NCBI GenBank assembly: GCA_002633005.1
Contig: NMRA01000034.1
Span: forward strand, 64,771-128,770
DNA from: Phoronis australis
Lineage: Eukaryota; Animalia; Phoronida
Length of the DNA stretch: 64,000 nucleotides
Direction: 5' to 3'
The notes under the pieces are model-generated. The model was not told where the DNA came from. It worked only from the letters and a program-made list of their open reading frames with translations, and did not search any database. The position numbers and the translations under genes were made by a program. Of the stretch, positions 45,401 through 59,379 are shown one piece after another (the stretch's first letter is position 1; the number at the start of each line of letters is the position of its first letter).

Positions 45401-48400
45401 ACCCATACTGATGGGCTTCTTCTTGAGTAGCAACTGACGAGACTTGCCCAGCTCCTCCTTGCTTCGTGTCAGCTCTTCTTGTCGCCTACAGAGGATGTGG
45501 TCAGAGCAAGCTTTAATGCGTGTCTCCTTACACTCACTCAAGGAAAGGATTAAGAAAAGCTCTTTGTCTAATACAAGGGCTTTCCATTATCCGGAATAAG
45601 TCGCAGTTGTAATACTTGCATCTGAATATATGGTCTCAAGGAAGACAAGTAAGTGACAATACTAATAAAATGTGGAAGTTGAAAAATCTCGTTATTTATC
45701 AATACCTGAATATATGTTTTTTGCAAAGGCTGCACAAATCAGAATGAAGAGACAACTTCTGATGTACAATGCTTATAACGTGGCGTACACTTCAAAAAGA
45801 TGCTTTTCTTTAGAATTTTCAGTCAAAACTAATTCTGCTGACAATGGACAGAACAGCAATGGGCAGAATGGTAACTATATATAAACAGACAAGGCTGGAC
45901 TGGCATTTCTAAAGAGCAAAGATTTCTCCAAGGTCATAAATTACCATATACTTGTTTTTTAATATAAAATTTAGGAAAAACTAACAAAAAAAGAAATGTA
46001 ACTCTATCAAAATTGTCAACATAATAAGAATATGTTAAAAAATACTGGAACAGTCTCGCAACAATTTAACACATCTGAACATTTCTGCAATCAAGGAAAC
46101 AACTGAAAAAGCCAGCAGATTTCTCCACTAATTACAGTGAGAGAAGTAGGAGGAACTGATCAAGTACTCACTTTGTTATCTCTGTGAAGGCGTAGCCATC
46201 CACCCAATTCTCTACGTAGGAATGTAGACCGTGGCCCTGTGACTGAAACTGGCCAAGTCGTAGTCGGTTCTCCATCGTCTTCTGGCGTTGGGTCTTCCTC
46301 TCTAGCTCGCTCTACAACGCCAAGAAGCACCAGAGTGAGGCAAGCAAAGCCAGGCACACACACGTCTCCTCCCCTTCACCTGCACTGGCAGGTATTTCAA
46401 AATACAACCATATTTGGGTTTTTATGATCAACAAGGACAGTTCACGGCCACCCTTACGCTCAAATCAAAAACACAGGAATTTCATTCTACAGTCAACCAC
46501 TCTCTCATCAATAAGTTGAGAACCTGCGACTATCACAATGCACATAAACTTCACACAAGGACCAAGTAGCCTTTTGTACTAAGTGCATGTACAGCTAGGC
46601 ATTTTAGATTTCGATACAAGTTTACCAATGAGTCCAATGACAAAAAAGAGCATTGTTTGTCTTAAAAACCAGACTTGGCTCCTTACATCTGCTTTTTTAC
46701 ACAGAGCAATGCATCATTCTCAGCTGCATTTTCATGTTTCAACCACATACAAGTAGCTGGCTGACTAAGGAAAGGGGTGATTTAGGGGTATTTACAGTGT
46801 CAGAAACCACACAATAGTGTTCGAAGTTGAAAAGTACATTTTATTTTCCAGAAGTTTTCGGTCATTTTTTTTCAGAAAATAAGCCATAATGCAGCTTTTG
46901 TGAATGATACAGTGCATGCCACAAATATTCAGATAAAACAACCCATAATTCCAAGTCATGGCCACTGAGTGCAGGCGGAACTCACCATGATGGCCAGCAG
47001 TATTTTGTCCTATTATTTCTGGCATGTACGGAAGTCGACAAAACTGATTGAACGCATGACCAACTGAGAAGACTTGCAAAATGACTCCTTTATACTGAAG
47101 TTTTCCACGAGATTTTAATCTCCTTTCATTTTCCGTGCACAGAAACTACTGTCATTTTCTAGCTTCTCCAAGTTAAGCGGAATAAATAAACCGTTGAAGA
47201 AGCACAACAATGCCTCCAGCCCTGAAGGTACAGACCTTCTCCAACAATAGCGTTTTCAACATTGCCGTACACCGTGTCTGTGTCTCCTTGTGTTTTTCCA
47301 GTAGTTTCTGCTGTGCTGTCACCTGCTTGCTCAACTCATCACGCTCATGTTGCAAGGTCAGCACCTGGTGTTGAAGGTCACCGTTTTGCTAGAAGGCAAA
47401 TGGATGTTGGTCAGTACATGAATCCACTTGCCCAGTTTTACTCCACGGTCTGTCATGTTATTGGATTTGAAAATCAACAAATCACATCCCACTTTGACGC
47501 TGTGAGATGGGTAAATTTTACAGTCCAGTCTTGGAAAAAGTTTGGCAGTCGCGAGGCCAAACGTATTTCTAGTTTTCCGTGAATGGCATCCAGTGGGAAA
47601 CGGTCACATAGCAAATAACCGAATGTGCAAACCAAACTCACTGTAAATGCATCCAAATTGTGCTTCTGTCAGTATTCTAAACTTCATCGCATAACCTGTT
47701 AATGGTGTCTAAGTATTTACCTTGTTCATGACTCCACAATTAATAACTACCCCTGTTCAATAATGTTTCCAAACAGCTTGTATATTACTTAGGGCTGTTC
47801 CAGAAAAATCTGTGTGGGAGGGGGGAAGGCAACTGAAATAAAAATTTATGGGTGGTTGCGTTTGATTTAAATTCAAAATGGCTGGTGGTCGTACTTCAAA
47901 AAAATAAAAATTTACAGGTCGTTGTTGTTTCATTGGGCCACAAATGTTTGATGGTGGGTAATTTCAGTAAATTTTATAAACAATCCGCACAGAATCAAAA
48001 ACTGAAACAAAACCGCAACTTCCAAAAAGCTCCGACTTTTTCACTCCCTCCGATCTCCTCATCGGCATGCCTGTAACACCAGTTAACCACAGGTGCTCGA
48101 ATTTCTCGATGGCTAATAACCATATATAAGAAACATGTTTTTTTAGTAATGAATGACGTTAGTGGTGATGGAGGAACAGATTAACTCAAGCGCCTGTGCA
48201 GTCAACCACAAGAACAAAAAAAATTACGCCTGTGCAATCAACCACAAGAACAAAAAAAATTACGGGTGGTTGCATTTCAAACTCATAAAAAATTACGGGT
48301 GGTAAGCTGAAGAAATAAATGAAAAATATGGGTGGTGGGTGCGAAAAAAAGGTGCCTCTCCCCCATACAGATTTTACTAGAACAGCCCTTATTGTCTTGG

Positions 48401-51400
48401 GATAGTGGCTCTAGCGTTAGCAGTTACGCCCTCTTTAGGATCTTCCCAAAACCAGCTAAATATCAACTCAAGTTTGTTTGCGAGAAGGTGAACTTAAGAA
48501 ACCCATTGTTACACACGGAGCTGTTATCAATCATTACAGGGCTATTTGGGACGAAGGCGGACAGATTGGGTATTGTTATGTCAGTGTATGTGGGAAGTTA
48601 CTATAATTGCAAAATTTTGTCATTTATGGGCAAAAGCTACCCAAGTATCTCAACGAATTGGCTTGGCAAACCAGCAGCAATCACCTCTTGCATGACCTTA
48701 TTTTGACTCTGGTTTTGACCCGCCTCTCCCCCTTGCACAAACACAGCCACTTACTTTCTGCATCTCATTCATCTGATTATTCCTTTGCTCCATCCCTGTT
48801 GTGGCCTGAATTATCTGCTTCATCTGTGGACTGTTCAACTCTGTCTACAAACACCAGGCAGCTCGTTCAGTAGTGCAAAACAGTGGACATTAACTGGTCG
48901 GTTTCCTCCGCACGGACAACTATCAAACATACGCTAACCAGTCTGTCAGTTGAAACTTGTTTTCAAAACACTCTGACCCTACCCAGAAATTTAAAGCTGC
49001 ACTTCCTTTCCATTTATTGTTGATCCGACGTGACATCTAGAAATACGCTACTCGAGCATATGTAACTGAACTTACAGTGGCTATAACCCACATTCTATAA
49101 CAAAAGCCACACATTTGATTTGGACCACACAATGCTATAAAATTGGTCCCGACTTGTTCCCTGAAATTAGAAGCGAGTTCTGGGCTGGCAAAGAACTAAC
49201 ACCCGGTTACTTCTAGAGAACATGTTCAGTGCGTAAAACGACGCTAAGTGACAAACAAACTTGTACAGCCTATGAAGCCCTGAAACCATCTCCAAGGAAC
49301 AATTCAGACCAATTTCATAATTGTAAGTGGTCTATATCAAAAGTTAACTTCAGTGATAGAAGGGGGCTTTATAGACACTTTAAAAATGTCCTCGCTACAA
49401 CAGCATCGGTTTCAACAATCATTTGGAACTGAGATGACAGCACATGAATGGAAGTGGTCAGTTTTGGAAGGGCTGGCCAATCCTACAATTTTCCGAAACC
49501 CGTTTTGACTTATACATGTTCTGGATGTTTTCCATGGCAGTAATAAATTTCTCAATGTCAAAGAAATTTTTTCGGGGGAAATTTTGTAGCAATAAGTAAC
49601 GAAGTTCTCATTTTGGCTTTCCAGACAGAAGGGAATACAGTTTTAGAATACGTTGTTTGTAACTGTTCGCAGTTTACAGAGACAGCATCCGCTATGGTAC
49701 AGGTCATGTGAGTATTGAACAGACGGAGTAGAGCGTATCTGAACAGCGTACCTGCACATATTTATGACTAGCACCGGTCGAGTGGAAACTGGAATTGGAT
49801 TGTGAACTTGACAGACAGTGGGGGGATGGAGGCTGGTAGCCCTGTAACAAAACCATGTCCTGCTTAGGAAAACCGCAGTTAAGTTACTAATGAAAACAGC
49901 GTAGACGAGGCAGGTCGCGTGTGGAGCAGGAACACACAATGCACCAGGTGGCACTAACGAGAACCTGGTGCGAACCGTGCGCATGCATTCAGGTACTCAC
50001 GCGGGACCCTCAAGACACGAATGCCTCTAAGCTGGTAAATGTTTTTCTCAATCTTTTTAGATAATGAAAAGACGGCCCATTCTTACCCCAACAACCAATT
50101 AAATCACAAGGAGTCTGCCACTGTTACTTCGATGTTGCCATGACAGAGATTGCAGAGAAATACACCGTATTACGTGTGTTTTCATCAACACCAATTGTCA
50201 TTTCATTCATACAAGTGATGTTGATTTGTTAAAACAAACATTGCAGTTTCTATGACAGTGACTGTCAATGCATAACCCGTTCAAGTACGCATACAGCAGT
50301 CTCACGGATAGATATAACCACTAGTACATCTTCTTGAAACTACTGAGATCTTGCGTAAAAGTGCCATGCGTGTCCCTGCTCGGAATGGAAACTGGCCTAG
50401 CTGTGGGCGACACAGAAAACGCATTATTCACATGCATTTAAGATGCAAAATGTAAAATAAGCAATTCAGTTAATGTCACAACACACTAGAGACAAACAAA
50501 ATAACATGGAAACTCAAGATAGCAAAGCATACAAGAGGGTGAGATGTCAAACAATGTTATCAAAAATCCTCAGAAATATGAATACCAGAAAATACTAGTG
50601 TTTTCCGTATTCCAGGAACCCAAAGTTTCTCCTGCAAGACGCAGACGTCAGCAAACATGCCACAGTTGATACTAATTGTAATACAGGAAAACAACAAAAT
50701 TAATACATTTTTTTCAGATTCTGCGCTGCCGACTCTCATACGGTCTTTGTGTGTTCCACAAAATGACTTCTCATTCAACTCTGCTTCCAACGTTCAAAAT
50801 GAACTCATTGATCTTAAAAAAAAAAAATCCTTTCAATTGCTCTCCGCGTCAGCCCTGTTTCTAAATCCTCGATATTTGTTCTGGGCCCTATAACTGCTAG
50901 TGCTTGGGACTAACTATAACTTTTTGTTCCATGCAATACTAGTCAACTATGACACTTTCTCAACCTTCTACCAGGGCTTGGAATGACCAATGACGAAAAA
51001 CGCAGAAATTTTTGCGGCCCAAAACATGTGCGCTTCCCAGACTTGAAATAGTCGATGTAGACCTTTTGCCGACAAAAATCGGGGACTAAACGGTACCACC
51101 TCCAGAAGCGTGCGTCTGCGTCTTTTTAACTCGTCCGTCCCATCCTACCTCCACACATTTTTGGCTGCAAAGCCGTAGTATTCGTCACCGCGGTTTACAA
51201 TCACACAAGATGCCATTCAAGAATCCACCACGCTATCCCAGATGCCCCGGCAATGTTGACAATTTACGTACCTCCGAAACATAAAGAGCAACTTCCGCTT
51301 TTCGAGGTGAAAGTCGTCGGCAATGCCGCGTTATGAAAGGAATTTGCCACGGAAATTTTACATCAAATCCGATTTTTTTATGCGGAAATATAATAATATA

Positions 51401-54400
51401 CGTGGACAGAATATTTGAAAAAAGCGGAAATCCGCGTTTCCGCGGAAAATTTCAAGCCTTGTTCTACACCACGCAGAACAAACTTTGGAATTCCTAGAGT
51501 AAGAAAAACACCATAAGTTACAAGTGAATCCATCCCGGTACTCATAGTTCAGAATATTTATGCTAAATTTTTTGGTTAACTCGGTAAAGCAGTGCAAGTA
51601 CAGTCACGTACACTTATCAAGTGCTTATCATTCAAACGACAGATCTATATTAGAATGTTAAGACGTGAAAAGGAAATAAAAAGATGAACCAAAACCCAGA
51701 AAAACTGAAATGCACAACTAAGGCACAGTCACTCTTCGATACATGTCACACCTGCCCACTGCTTTTCAAAAATGCATAAACAACAATTAATATATGTTAA
51801 CTTAATTTCCTTCTTTACTGGCTAAGCATAATCCATCTCACCCACAAGTTTGCACGTAATTCTGTGCATACACCCATCATCAAACGTTATATAGATCTTA
51901 TTAACATGTCAGGTAGTTAGCCAAGTATGTCAAAACTGAGACCAGTAAACATGGATCTGCGCCCTCTGCTGGGAAGGTCAGCATTAGTTACTTAACGTCA
52001 TTACGATGCCTCCCCAGTCAGAAGGGATTCGAATCGGCTAGTCCCTACTGGGATCTAGTCTAGGGAAGAAATGAAAGTAATTATTGGTGTAGACTGGGTG
52101 CATGAATTGGTTCATCATAGCCGGTAACTGTGTATGCAGAGCCTGGTCTATCAGTTTTACCCCAGCTCATCATAGCCGGTCACAGTGTAAGTGGAACATG
52201 GTCTGACAATTTTACCCCAGCTCATCATAGCCAGTCACTGTGTGTATGCGGAGCCTGGTCTATCAGTTTTACCCCAGCTCATCATAGCCAGTCACAGTGT
52301 AAGTGGAACATGGTCTGACAATTTTACCCCAGCTCATCATAGCCGTCACTGTATATGCGGAACATGGTCTGTCATTTTTACCCCTGCCCAGAAACCCCTT
52401 CACATCCAAGTAAAGAAACGAGTTAAGACCAAAACACTCAAGTTTACAGCAGTGATGTATATGAAAAATCAGATTCTTTGATGGAATACAGGCTTCTTGC
52501 AACTATCAAGCTACATCGAAATAAGACATTTAATCATTAGGACCAAAGATTTCAAACTCCAACTCCAATTCGCATGGCCTACATCATTAAGATAAAAGCA
52601 GAGTCTGAGGTTCCACACAAAGAACATTATTGGATATGACATGTAATCAATCAGCTCCAGGGAGCATAACATGGAGTGTGAGATTGAGCTAGAACAGAAT
52701 CTTAGATCTTAACGTCAGATGTCGATGCTGCAGGATTGAAAACATAGGTGTAACAATTAATATAGACAGACACACAAGCCATCAAACCAGTAACAGCCCA
52801 CAGATACACCAGGATTGGCCATCTATCTACCTGATTCAAAGGTATTGGTGACTTGCACATAGCGCCTCCAGCGGCCCGTCGTGGACTGGTCCCCGTCTGC
52901 AACACAATGGCGTGTACGATAAATGTATGTCTGCATGCACCTTGTGTGAATGCAATGATTAGGCAAAAAAGCAGAATTGTTTCTCGTCTGAAATTCTGAG
53001 AATCGGCAATTAATTTCAGTTATACATTTTTTAAGTAACCCGATACAAGTAGAAGTGGTATGGCAATTTTTTCTCAGCTTCAGAGTCCAGCAACATGATT
53101 GGATGTACTCCAGTTAACAGATGAGACTAACCATAACTAGGAACTACACTACTTGGCTTTGGAAACGCAAAGGGATGATTGTTGCCAAGTTTGCAGGCCA
53201 CTCAGCAAATTCCTTTGTTAGACATTATTGCGTAAGTTTTGGAAAACCACCTTTTGCTAAGAATGATGCTGGCTGGCACTTTTTTCTCTAATGAGAGGTA
53301 CAGGTTTCAAAATGGGTCGGGTGCAGATCAGATTCAGTTATGCTGCTTTTAAGCCATACAGTTAAGATAACTGCTGCTCTGCACTCCAACAATAATTGGT
53401 GTCCTGACATGCTGCATGAGGTATTTGTCTCACACAAGAGTGCGCAGTCGGATATTCTCATTGTTCCATAAGATACATGTGTCACATAAGAGGGCGCCAT
53501 GGAACATTTTACCTCCAGCCGATAAGCGCACCAGTGCAAGCTCAGCTCCATGGAAATGACAAAATGAACTTAACTAGCATGAGTGCGCGTCACCTCAGAT
53601 CACGACAGAATCGTCTGTACTGTTCAACCACAATACAACTGTGGCTGCAGGGACCTTTCTAACACATTCGTTGCACCCAAGTTTGCATCAGCCACGCCAA
53701 ATTGCACACGGCACATTTGGCTAGGGACTAGTGGAATGGACCATTATCAGGAAGAAAATGTTATAAACGAATCTGGCAACAATACAGTGCAACTCTATTC
53801 ATTTGGGCTAATGTTAAGAGCTACGCTGCTTCTTTTAAACGATAACCCAGCCACGCTTTAAGTAAGAAAACTGCAGGTTACAGTTATTCATTTCCGAATT
53901 CTCCAAGAATGGAGACGATAACACTACACAGCATACCTTGAAGTATTCACTGATCTTTTTGCCATTGTCACCTCGCACTGACTTTCCAGGTCCTACAAAA
54001 ATAGAAAATGAGAATATGGACAAAAGTTACTGCGCAAACCTTATCAAAGAGTATCCTGTCCCTCACAATCCTACAATTTGCACATAATATAGATGCTTGC
54101 CAACATATCTTCAGTCTGGTTCAAACATGCTCTTACTTGAAATGAACTTGTGATCAATACAAGAACACTTTTTGAGTCATCACGGAAAGAAAATTACCAG
54201 AGCTAAGCTTGTTGAGCACACTCGTGTCTTAGATGAGTTGAGAGTGACATTGTGTGCCTACAGTTGTTAGAAATGTTGATCATCAACTTTGATAGTCTGA
54301 GTCATAATGGGCAAGACATGGGGCAAGAATGCATCCTCAAATTGTACAATTAGTCTGTTGTGTTTGTATTCTACTGAATCCAATTTCTCTCTGATATGAT

Positions 54401-57400
54401 AAACATATATTAGGTTTTTGTGTATTTTTGTTCTCTTCATTTTCACAATGAATATCGATCAACTGTTACATCGGGTGTCTATGCAAGAGCGTGTGTCTTA
54501 TCAATGTATGGGAGGAGTCTTAGAAAGCTCTAATCCACAGAGCGTTCAATATCACTTATTTAAGATTATGCATGGAATTATTGATAAGTCTGTAGTTAGC
54601 TAAATAATCACAAAACTATAAGATTTTAACCCAGTGAAAGTATACATTTCCTGAAATTAGAAAGCTTACAGAATTCAATTTTAACAAACAAGGAAGGTAC
54701 ATCGAATGTAGAAAAACGGTATCAATGGCAAGACCAAATTTTGTTTAATATAAATTTTCAGTATGAAATCTCAAAAATTCTGTCACAGTTTTCTAAATAA
54801 ACTTCTTTTTCCATTTTATACAACTTTGGAATTTTTTCTTGAAAAATCATTGTAAATTGTAAACTATAGTATCTGAAAGTTTCATATGAATTGCCAGCCA
54901 TTTCTGAAACATGATGTTCTGAAGTGGACCTAATTTGGACAATTTTCTAGGGTCCTCACTTAACTCAGCAAAATTTATATTTTTTGAAAGCAGAGATTCC
55001 GTAGAATTTTATTTTTTGACTATACCAATCTGCCATTAATTTCGTACGATATAAATGTTCAAGATAAAATCTCAAAAGTGATGTTACAGTTTTACAAATT
55101 ATCGTTTCGTTTTATGCAAATTTAATGATTTTTCATAAAAATCATGCAAGTTCTATTTTCGACAGAGCCTCACGCCTATGTGGATCACTCTAAAAACAAA
55201 ACCTGTCAGCATTTTGAAGAACAGTGCATAAAGCATAGCATCTGTAAAGTCTCTGTGAATCCAATATGCCTACTTGGACATTTATCCAGGGTCCCACATA
55301 ACCTTAAATGAACATTTGGTGCCAACAAACAATGGAAGAGGCAGGGGACCCAAGACCATGGCCGCAGCAAATTTGACAGTAGACAGCCCATGGGTTTCCC
55401 CAATCACATTCTTCTCCTGCAGCAAAACAAGAGTTCCTCCAACAGCAGCGTGCCTCCCCTGCATTCATAACACTCTGGCAAAGAGATCGTCAAGAAAATC
55501 TAGGAATAATCACATTGAATGCACTTGTGCTTCAAATCAAGACACTCAGTATAAGCCAAAAGTATTCAGACAAAATGGCTCGGAATCCCCCCCCCCCCCT
55601 CCCAGTCAAGACAGCTGGGCTTAAGCCAAACTCCACGTCAGAGTAGTCTTCCCTCATGACTGAACAGAAAAGTTGGTCAGGTGGCTAAGCCATTATGTAA
55701 TTAGAGTTTCACAGCTCTAACGGTTATTACCAGCAATTAGTGCAGAGCCGCCNATTTGGTGCCAACAAACAATGGAAGAGGCAGGGGACCCAAGACCATG
55801 GCCGCAGCAAATTTGACAGTAGACAGCCCATGGGTTTCCCCATCACATTCTTCTCCTGCAGCAAAACAAGAGTTCCTCCAACAGCAGCGTGCCTCCCCTA
55901 CATTCATAACACTCTGACAAAGAGATCGTCAAGAAAATCTAGGAATAATCACATTGAATGCACTTGTGCTTCAAATCAAGACACTCAGTATAAGCCAAAA
56001 GTATTCAGACAAAATGGCTCGGAATCCCCCCCCCCCCCTCCCAGTCAAGACAGCTGGGCTTAAGCCAAACTCCACGTCAGAGTAGTCTTCCCTCATGACT
56101 GAACAGAAAAGTTGGTCAGGTGGCTAAGCCATTATGTAATTAGAGTTTCACAGCTCTAACGGTTATTACCAGCAATTAGTGCAGAGCCGCCATGATGGGG
56201 AAACTGATATTCTGTCTGATTACTTTTGGCTTGTAGTGTACAACCCATCGGACTCACCACTGTTGTCTCCCTGAGGGTCTACAGGGGCTTTCCTTTTTCT
56301 CTTGCGTTCTGTCGGAGTTTTTGCTTTCTCAGGAGTCTGCAACACACCCACCCACACACTCATCGCAACAGTTTGACAAAGAACTGCGCTCACACAGTTC
56401 AGTCAACCACTTTTTAAAAAGGTAACATAATAAATGATAAACCTTCTGTAACCTCTGTTAATTTGTGAAAATTTGCAACCATTTGATAGCATGCTTATAA
56501 GTTTTCTGAGCTGAAAATGTCAGTTGATGATTTCAGTACAAAAATTCAGTTACAAATTTGAAAACAAGCTGATGCTCTATTCCCACAGACGCTCTGTCCA
56601 CTCCAAACTGATCCCAAAGAATTGTAATTAATTAACTTCCAAGACAAAACAGCTATACCACGCTAATAGATTCGTCGCAGACATATATACATCGATTATA
56701 ATTGGCTACCGTATATTCCCCGTATTTAGGCCCACGTGCCTATACATGAAGCTACCTATATCGAGAATTAGGTGCGTGCACTTAATAGATGAAACACTTA
56801 ACCAAAATCGTCTTGGCAAAAGGCAGATGATACAACAAAAGATTGAGCCAATGGGGCACTACTTCAAAAATGGGAGGCAAAACACGGCTGATCAGTCCAT
56901 GTCACCTTCCATTCTCATGAACACATGGCTGTGTACAGTGTTCTCTATGAGACATTTTAGATGTTTTGACACCAGTTTAGAGTACTGATTCTAAGCATTT
57001 AAATACAAACCCTCAACAGTACCACACTTGAACTTTCAAACATGTTCATGAATTTCATAATTGCAAGAGTTTGAAACTTTGGTTACAGAGAACACTGGCG
57101 TTAACACGTAATGCCAACTTGTGCCTTGCCAAAGTTGCCATGTAAATGCAATAGAAGTCCAGTGAATGCCTTTTCACTATCTAAACCATGAATGCCTTTT
57201 TGACAACTAAAGCGTTACTACCTACCGGTACGCCTGTAATCTCTTCCTTGTCACTGTGAGACCCACTGCGGCCACTGAGGTTAGAGTTGTCCTGAGCCAC
57301 TTCACTACTGTGTACACTGGTCACACTAACGCTCGAGGACATCTGGGATGTGTGGCTAATCAACTGCAAACCAGTCAAAGCTGTATCATCAACCACATGA

Positions 57401-58226
57401 AATTAAGTCTCTAAGAAACAATCAGGTGTTTAACAATTGCAGACGTGGTCTGACCTACCTTCTAACAATATAGATTGGCATTTATTAGATACCAGATGCT
57501 TAATAATTAAGACAAAAACTCCAATAACAAATATTAATAAAATTGCCTTTATCAATCGTCAACTTCCAAGATCACAAATGTACGGCACGCCACACTAGTA
57601 TTGAACCCTACGAATTTCTTAAGTTCAGTGCACCTAATACACACCTTGGTCCAATTGATCACAGGCGATCCTCTACTGGAAACTTGTGCACAGCTGCATG
57701 AAAAAATTTCACTGTCTTCCATAAACCCTCTACACACATTTGTGGATTTTGCTTCTTCACTAATGCTATATTTCACTTTACCTTCATTAAAAGTGCCTGC
57801 ATTACTTATGAGCTCCCCGTTCACACATTTCAATGAAAATGAAGAGAGACTGTCCATAGGGGGGGCTGCATTAAAAGGTCCCTATTTACGTAAGAAAATA
57901 TTAAAAATTGAATCGCACTGTTAATGAGAATGTCCGTTTGTACAGTAAAGGAAGATTATCAGCCCACCCTGCTTAAACAATCCATGACATAGCAGGATTA
58001 GGTAGGCTGTAGTGTATATCTGTGCTAATAGTTACTTACAGGTGTACCGCATTTTAAAAACCAGTTTTTGTCACCGAATAACAAATGTCAAACTGGTTCT
58101 CAAAATGTTGGACCCCATTAAGTGACTACTCTGTGCATATCTAGCACATGTACCTACCCGACTTCCTTGAAACCTGGCTTCAAACAACTCAAGTCTTCTG
58201 GGATCTATGCTCTGTATATTGTCCAT
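33486..58226 (-). CDS. TLK: Serine/threonine-protein kinase tousled-like (TLK1/2 co-ortholog), 20 coding exons, ~705 aa from the Met at 58226; an upstream exon probably exists
   Basis: Exons 5'->3': 58231-58158, 57363-57226, 56336-56258, 53992-53937, 52896-52831, 49841-49752, 48844-48755, 47388-47236, 46311-46172, 45485-45354, 44602-44438, 43302-43221, 42047-41956, 38640-38551, 36923-36754, 36447-36309, 35242-35131, 34568-34461, 34202-34093, 33522-33486. All are GT-AG and in phase (2118 nt from ATG). Motifs: [28 protein letters not shown], coiled coils, [41 protein letters not shown] and GAGTYWYLPPE. Confidence 0.96.
37090..37450 (+). mobile_element. Probable 3' UTR/tail remnant of a LINE (L2/CR1/Crack-like)
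   Basis: T-rich tract containing GGAAATAAGTCTTTGAC, ending in AATAAA plus an (ATT)n tail at ~37415-37450. The family assignment is from memory only. Confidence 0.35.
39094..39685. mobile_element. ~590 bp MITE with ~40-bp imperfect TIRs
   Basis: CTCGCTGGTTCCCTGCATGCC..TAGCCAGCACGCAGGTATCA versus TGATACCTGCGTGCTGGCTAGGCACGTAGGGAACCAGCGAG. Confidence 0.75.
39722..41349 (+). mobile_element. Non-autonomous Kolobok-type DNA transposon (~1.63 kb) retaining a THAP zinc-finger N-terminal remnant
   Basis: TTAA|AAGGGGACTGTA ... TACAGTTCCCTT|TTAA gives a TTAA TSD and a purine-starting 12-bp TIR. The ATG at 40015 reads [27 protein letters not shown], matching the THAP start (M..C...GC.N...FHRF). The interior is CpG-rich. 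Confidence 0.75.
42123..42300. repeat. GA-rich microsatellite / polypurine tract
   Basis: Imperfect (GA)n/(GGGA)n run of ~180 bp. On the TLK sense strand it is a long pyrimidine tract ~75 nt upstream of the 42047 acceptor. Confidence 0.9.
47792..48388. mobile_element. PIF/Harbinger-type (Tourist-like) MITE, 597 bp
   Basis: TTA|GGGCTGTTCCAGAAAAATCTGTGTGGG ... CCCATACAGATTTTACTAGAACAGCCC|TTA gives a 3-bp TTA TSD and ~27-bp TIRs. Internal GGGTGGT motifs repeat, with a 37-bp internal duplication at ~48191-48264. Confidence 0.85.
50972..51461. mobile_element. MITE with hAT-like termini and a perfect 6-bp TSD
   Basis: TTCTAC|CAGGGCTTGGAAT ... ATTTCAAGCCTTG|TTCTAC, with subterminal GCGGAAA repeats. 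Confidence 0.75.
52112..52385. repeat. Minisatellite, ~55-bp unit x5 with alternating A/B variants (~110-bp higher-order unit)
   Basis: ATCATAGCC recurs at 52114, 52169, 52224, 52281 and 52336. Units alternate gagcctggtctatcag and gaacatggtctgacaa. Confidence 0.92.
55314..56191. repeat. ~439-bp direct duplication on either side of a single N (55753); probably uncollapsed haplotype overlap
   Basis: 55314-55752 and 55754-56191 are identical apart from about 3 differences, and the junction is exactly the N. Confidence 0.85.
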
Positions 58227-59379
58227 TTGGCCTGCAACAAACGGAGTACAAGCATTATTTACTGGAGGTGCCGATTCCATGCATTGCACTGAAAATCTGC
58301 CACTGCTTATAATAACAATAGAAATGAAATATGAACAGACTTCATAAAGCCTCACCCGATTCGCCAACACATTTAGTACAAGGAGTTGACAACTCAATTC
58401 CAAATGCCCTACATTGCCTGTCCCTTGTTTTACACAGCGATTGCTCCACATCTAGCATGCCAATCACCTTGTTTCTGCTTGGTTCACAGATAAGCTAGGT
58501 TCAATGACCTAGTTAGGCGACCCCCAGTCAATATCACGCTTATATCATAATATTATGTGGATCTTCCAGAAGCAATTTGATTCAAAGTAAACAACTAAAT
58601 GCCCTGTCCTAAGTAAGCTGTGGCAATGTTTATGAATGACATATTATTCCTAAGAGAGACCAGTGGTCTCCAAAATCCATTTTGACTGGTTATAGACACT
58701 TTAACAGGTTTGACTTTTTACCAGTGATGAGTTTGACTCACCTCCATTGGAAGTCGGTGCACAGATATAACGCTTTCTAGTGCTTTCCAGACTCAACTCT
58801 TACTGTGATTATATTTTTTATAATAAATATTTAACAAAATTTTGAATTGATGTGTCATTTTTTTCAGCGAACATCTTAGGCGTTAGAAACCAGCTCCCGA
58901 ATCCGAGCAAAACAGGCAACCACTCCATTGTATCGGGAGCACGTACATTAATTATGTAGTTTCCATAGAGTTGGAATGTTCTGGAGATCTTAACTATAGA
59001 TAATGCTCATGTTTAAAATGAAAATATCCAGGAACTCGATCTTAAAACGCAACTTTTTGCTCAAGCCTACATTTCAAATAATGGTCATTGAAGTTGTGGT
59101 CCTATCTGTACTAACAATATGGCTCAGTCACGCCCGATTCAACACAATTTAGCTACAGATGCATCACTGGTCCAATCAAGACACAGGGTCAATAATCAGC
59201 TATCACACAATGGGTTTCCCAACAACTATCTTGTAACATTCTCGCATACTAGTTGAGTAATCGATAGAAGGCTTCTTATAGGAGATTCAGAAAATCAAAC
59301 ATAATGGAATGCACTTTTTTTAAGAGGCAGACATCAGATCGCGATGCCACCGCACAGGTCATTGTCACGATAACACGAC

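Noticed and set aside
55314-56191. Apparent tandem gene duplication (two near-identical 107-116 aa ORFs)
   Set aside because: The copies abut a single N and differ by about 3 nt, typical of an uncollapsed allelic contig overlap. The ORFs are intronic and have no recognisable motifs.
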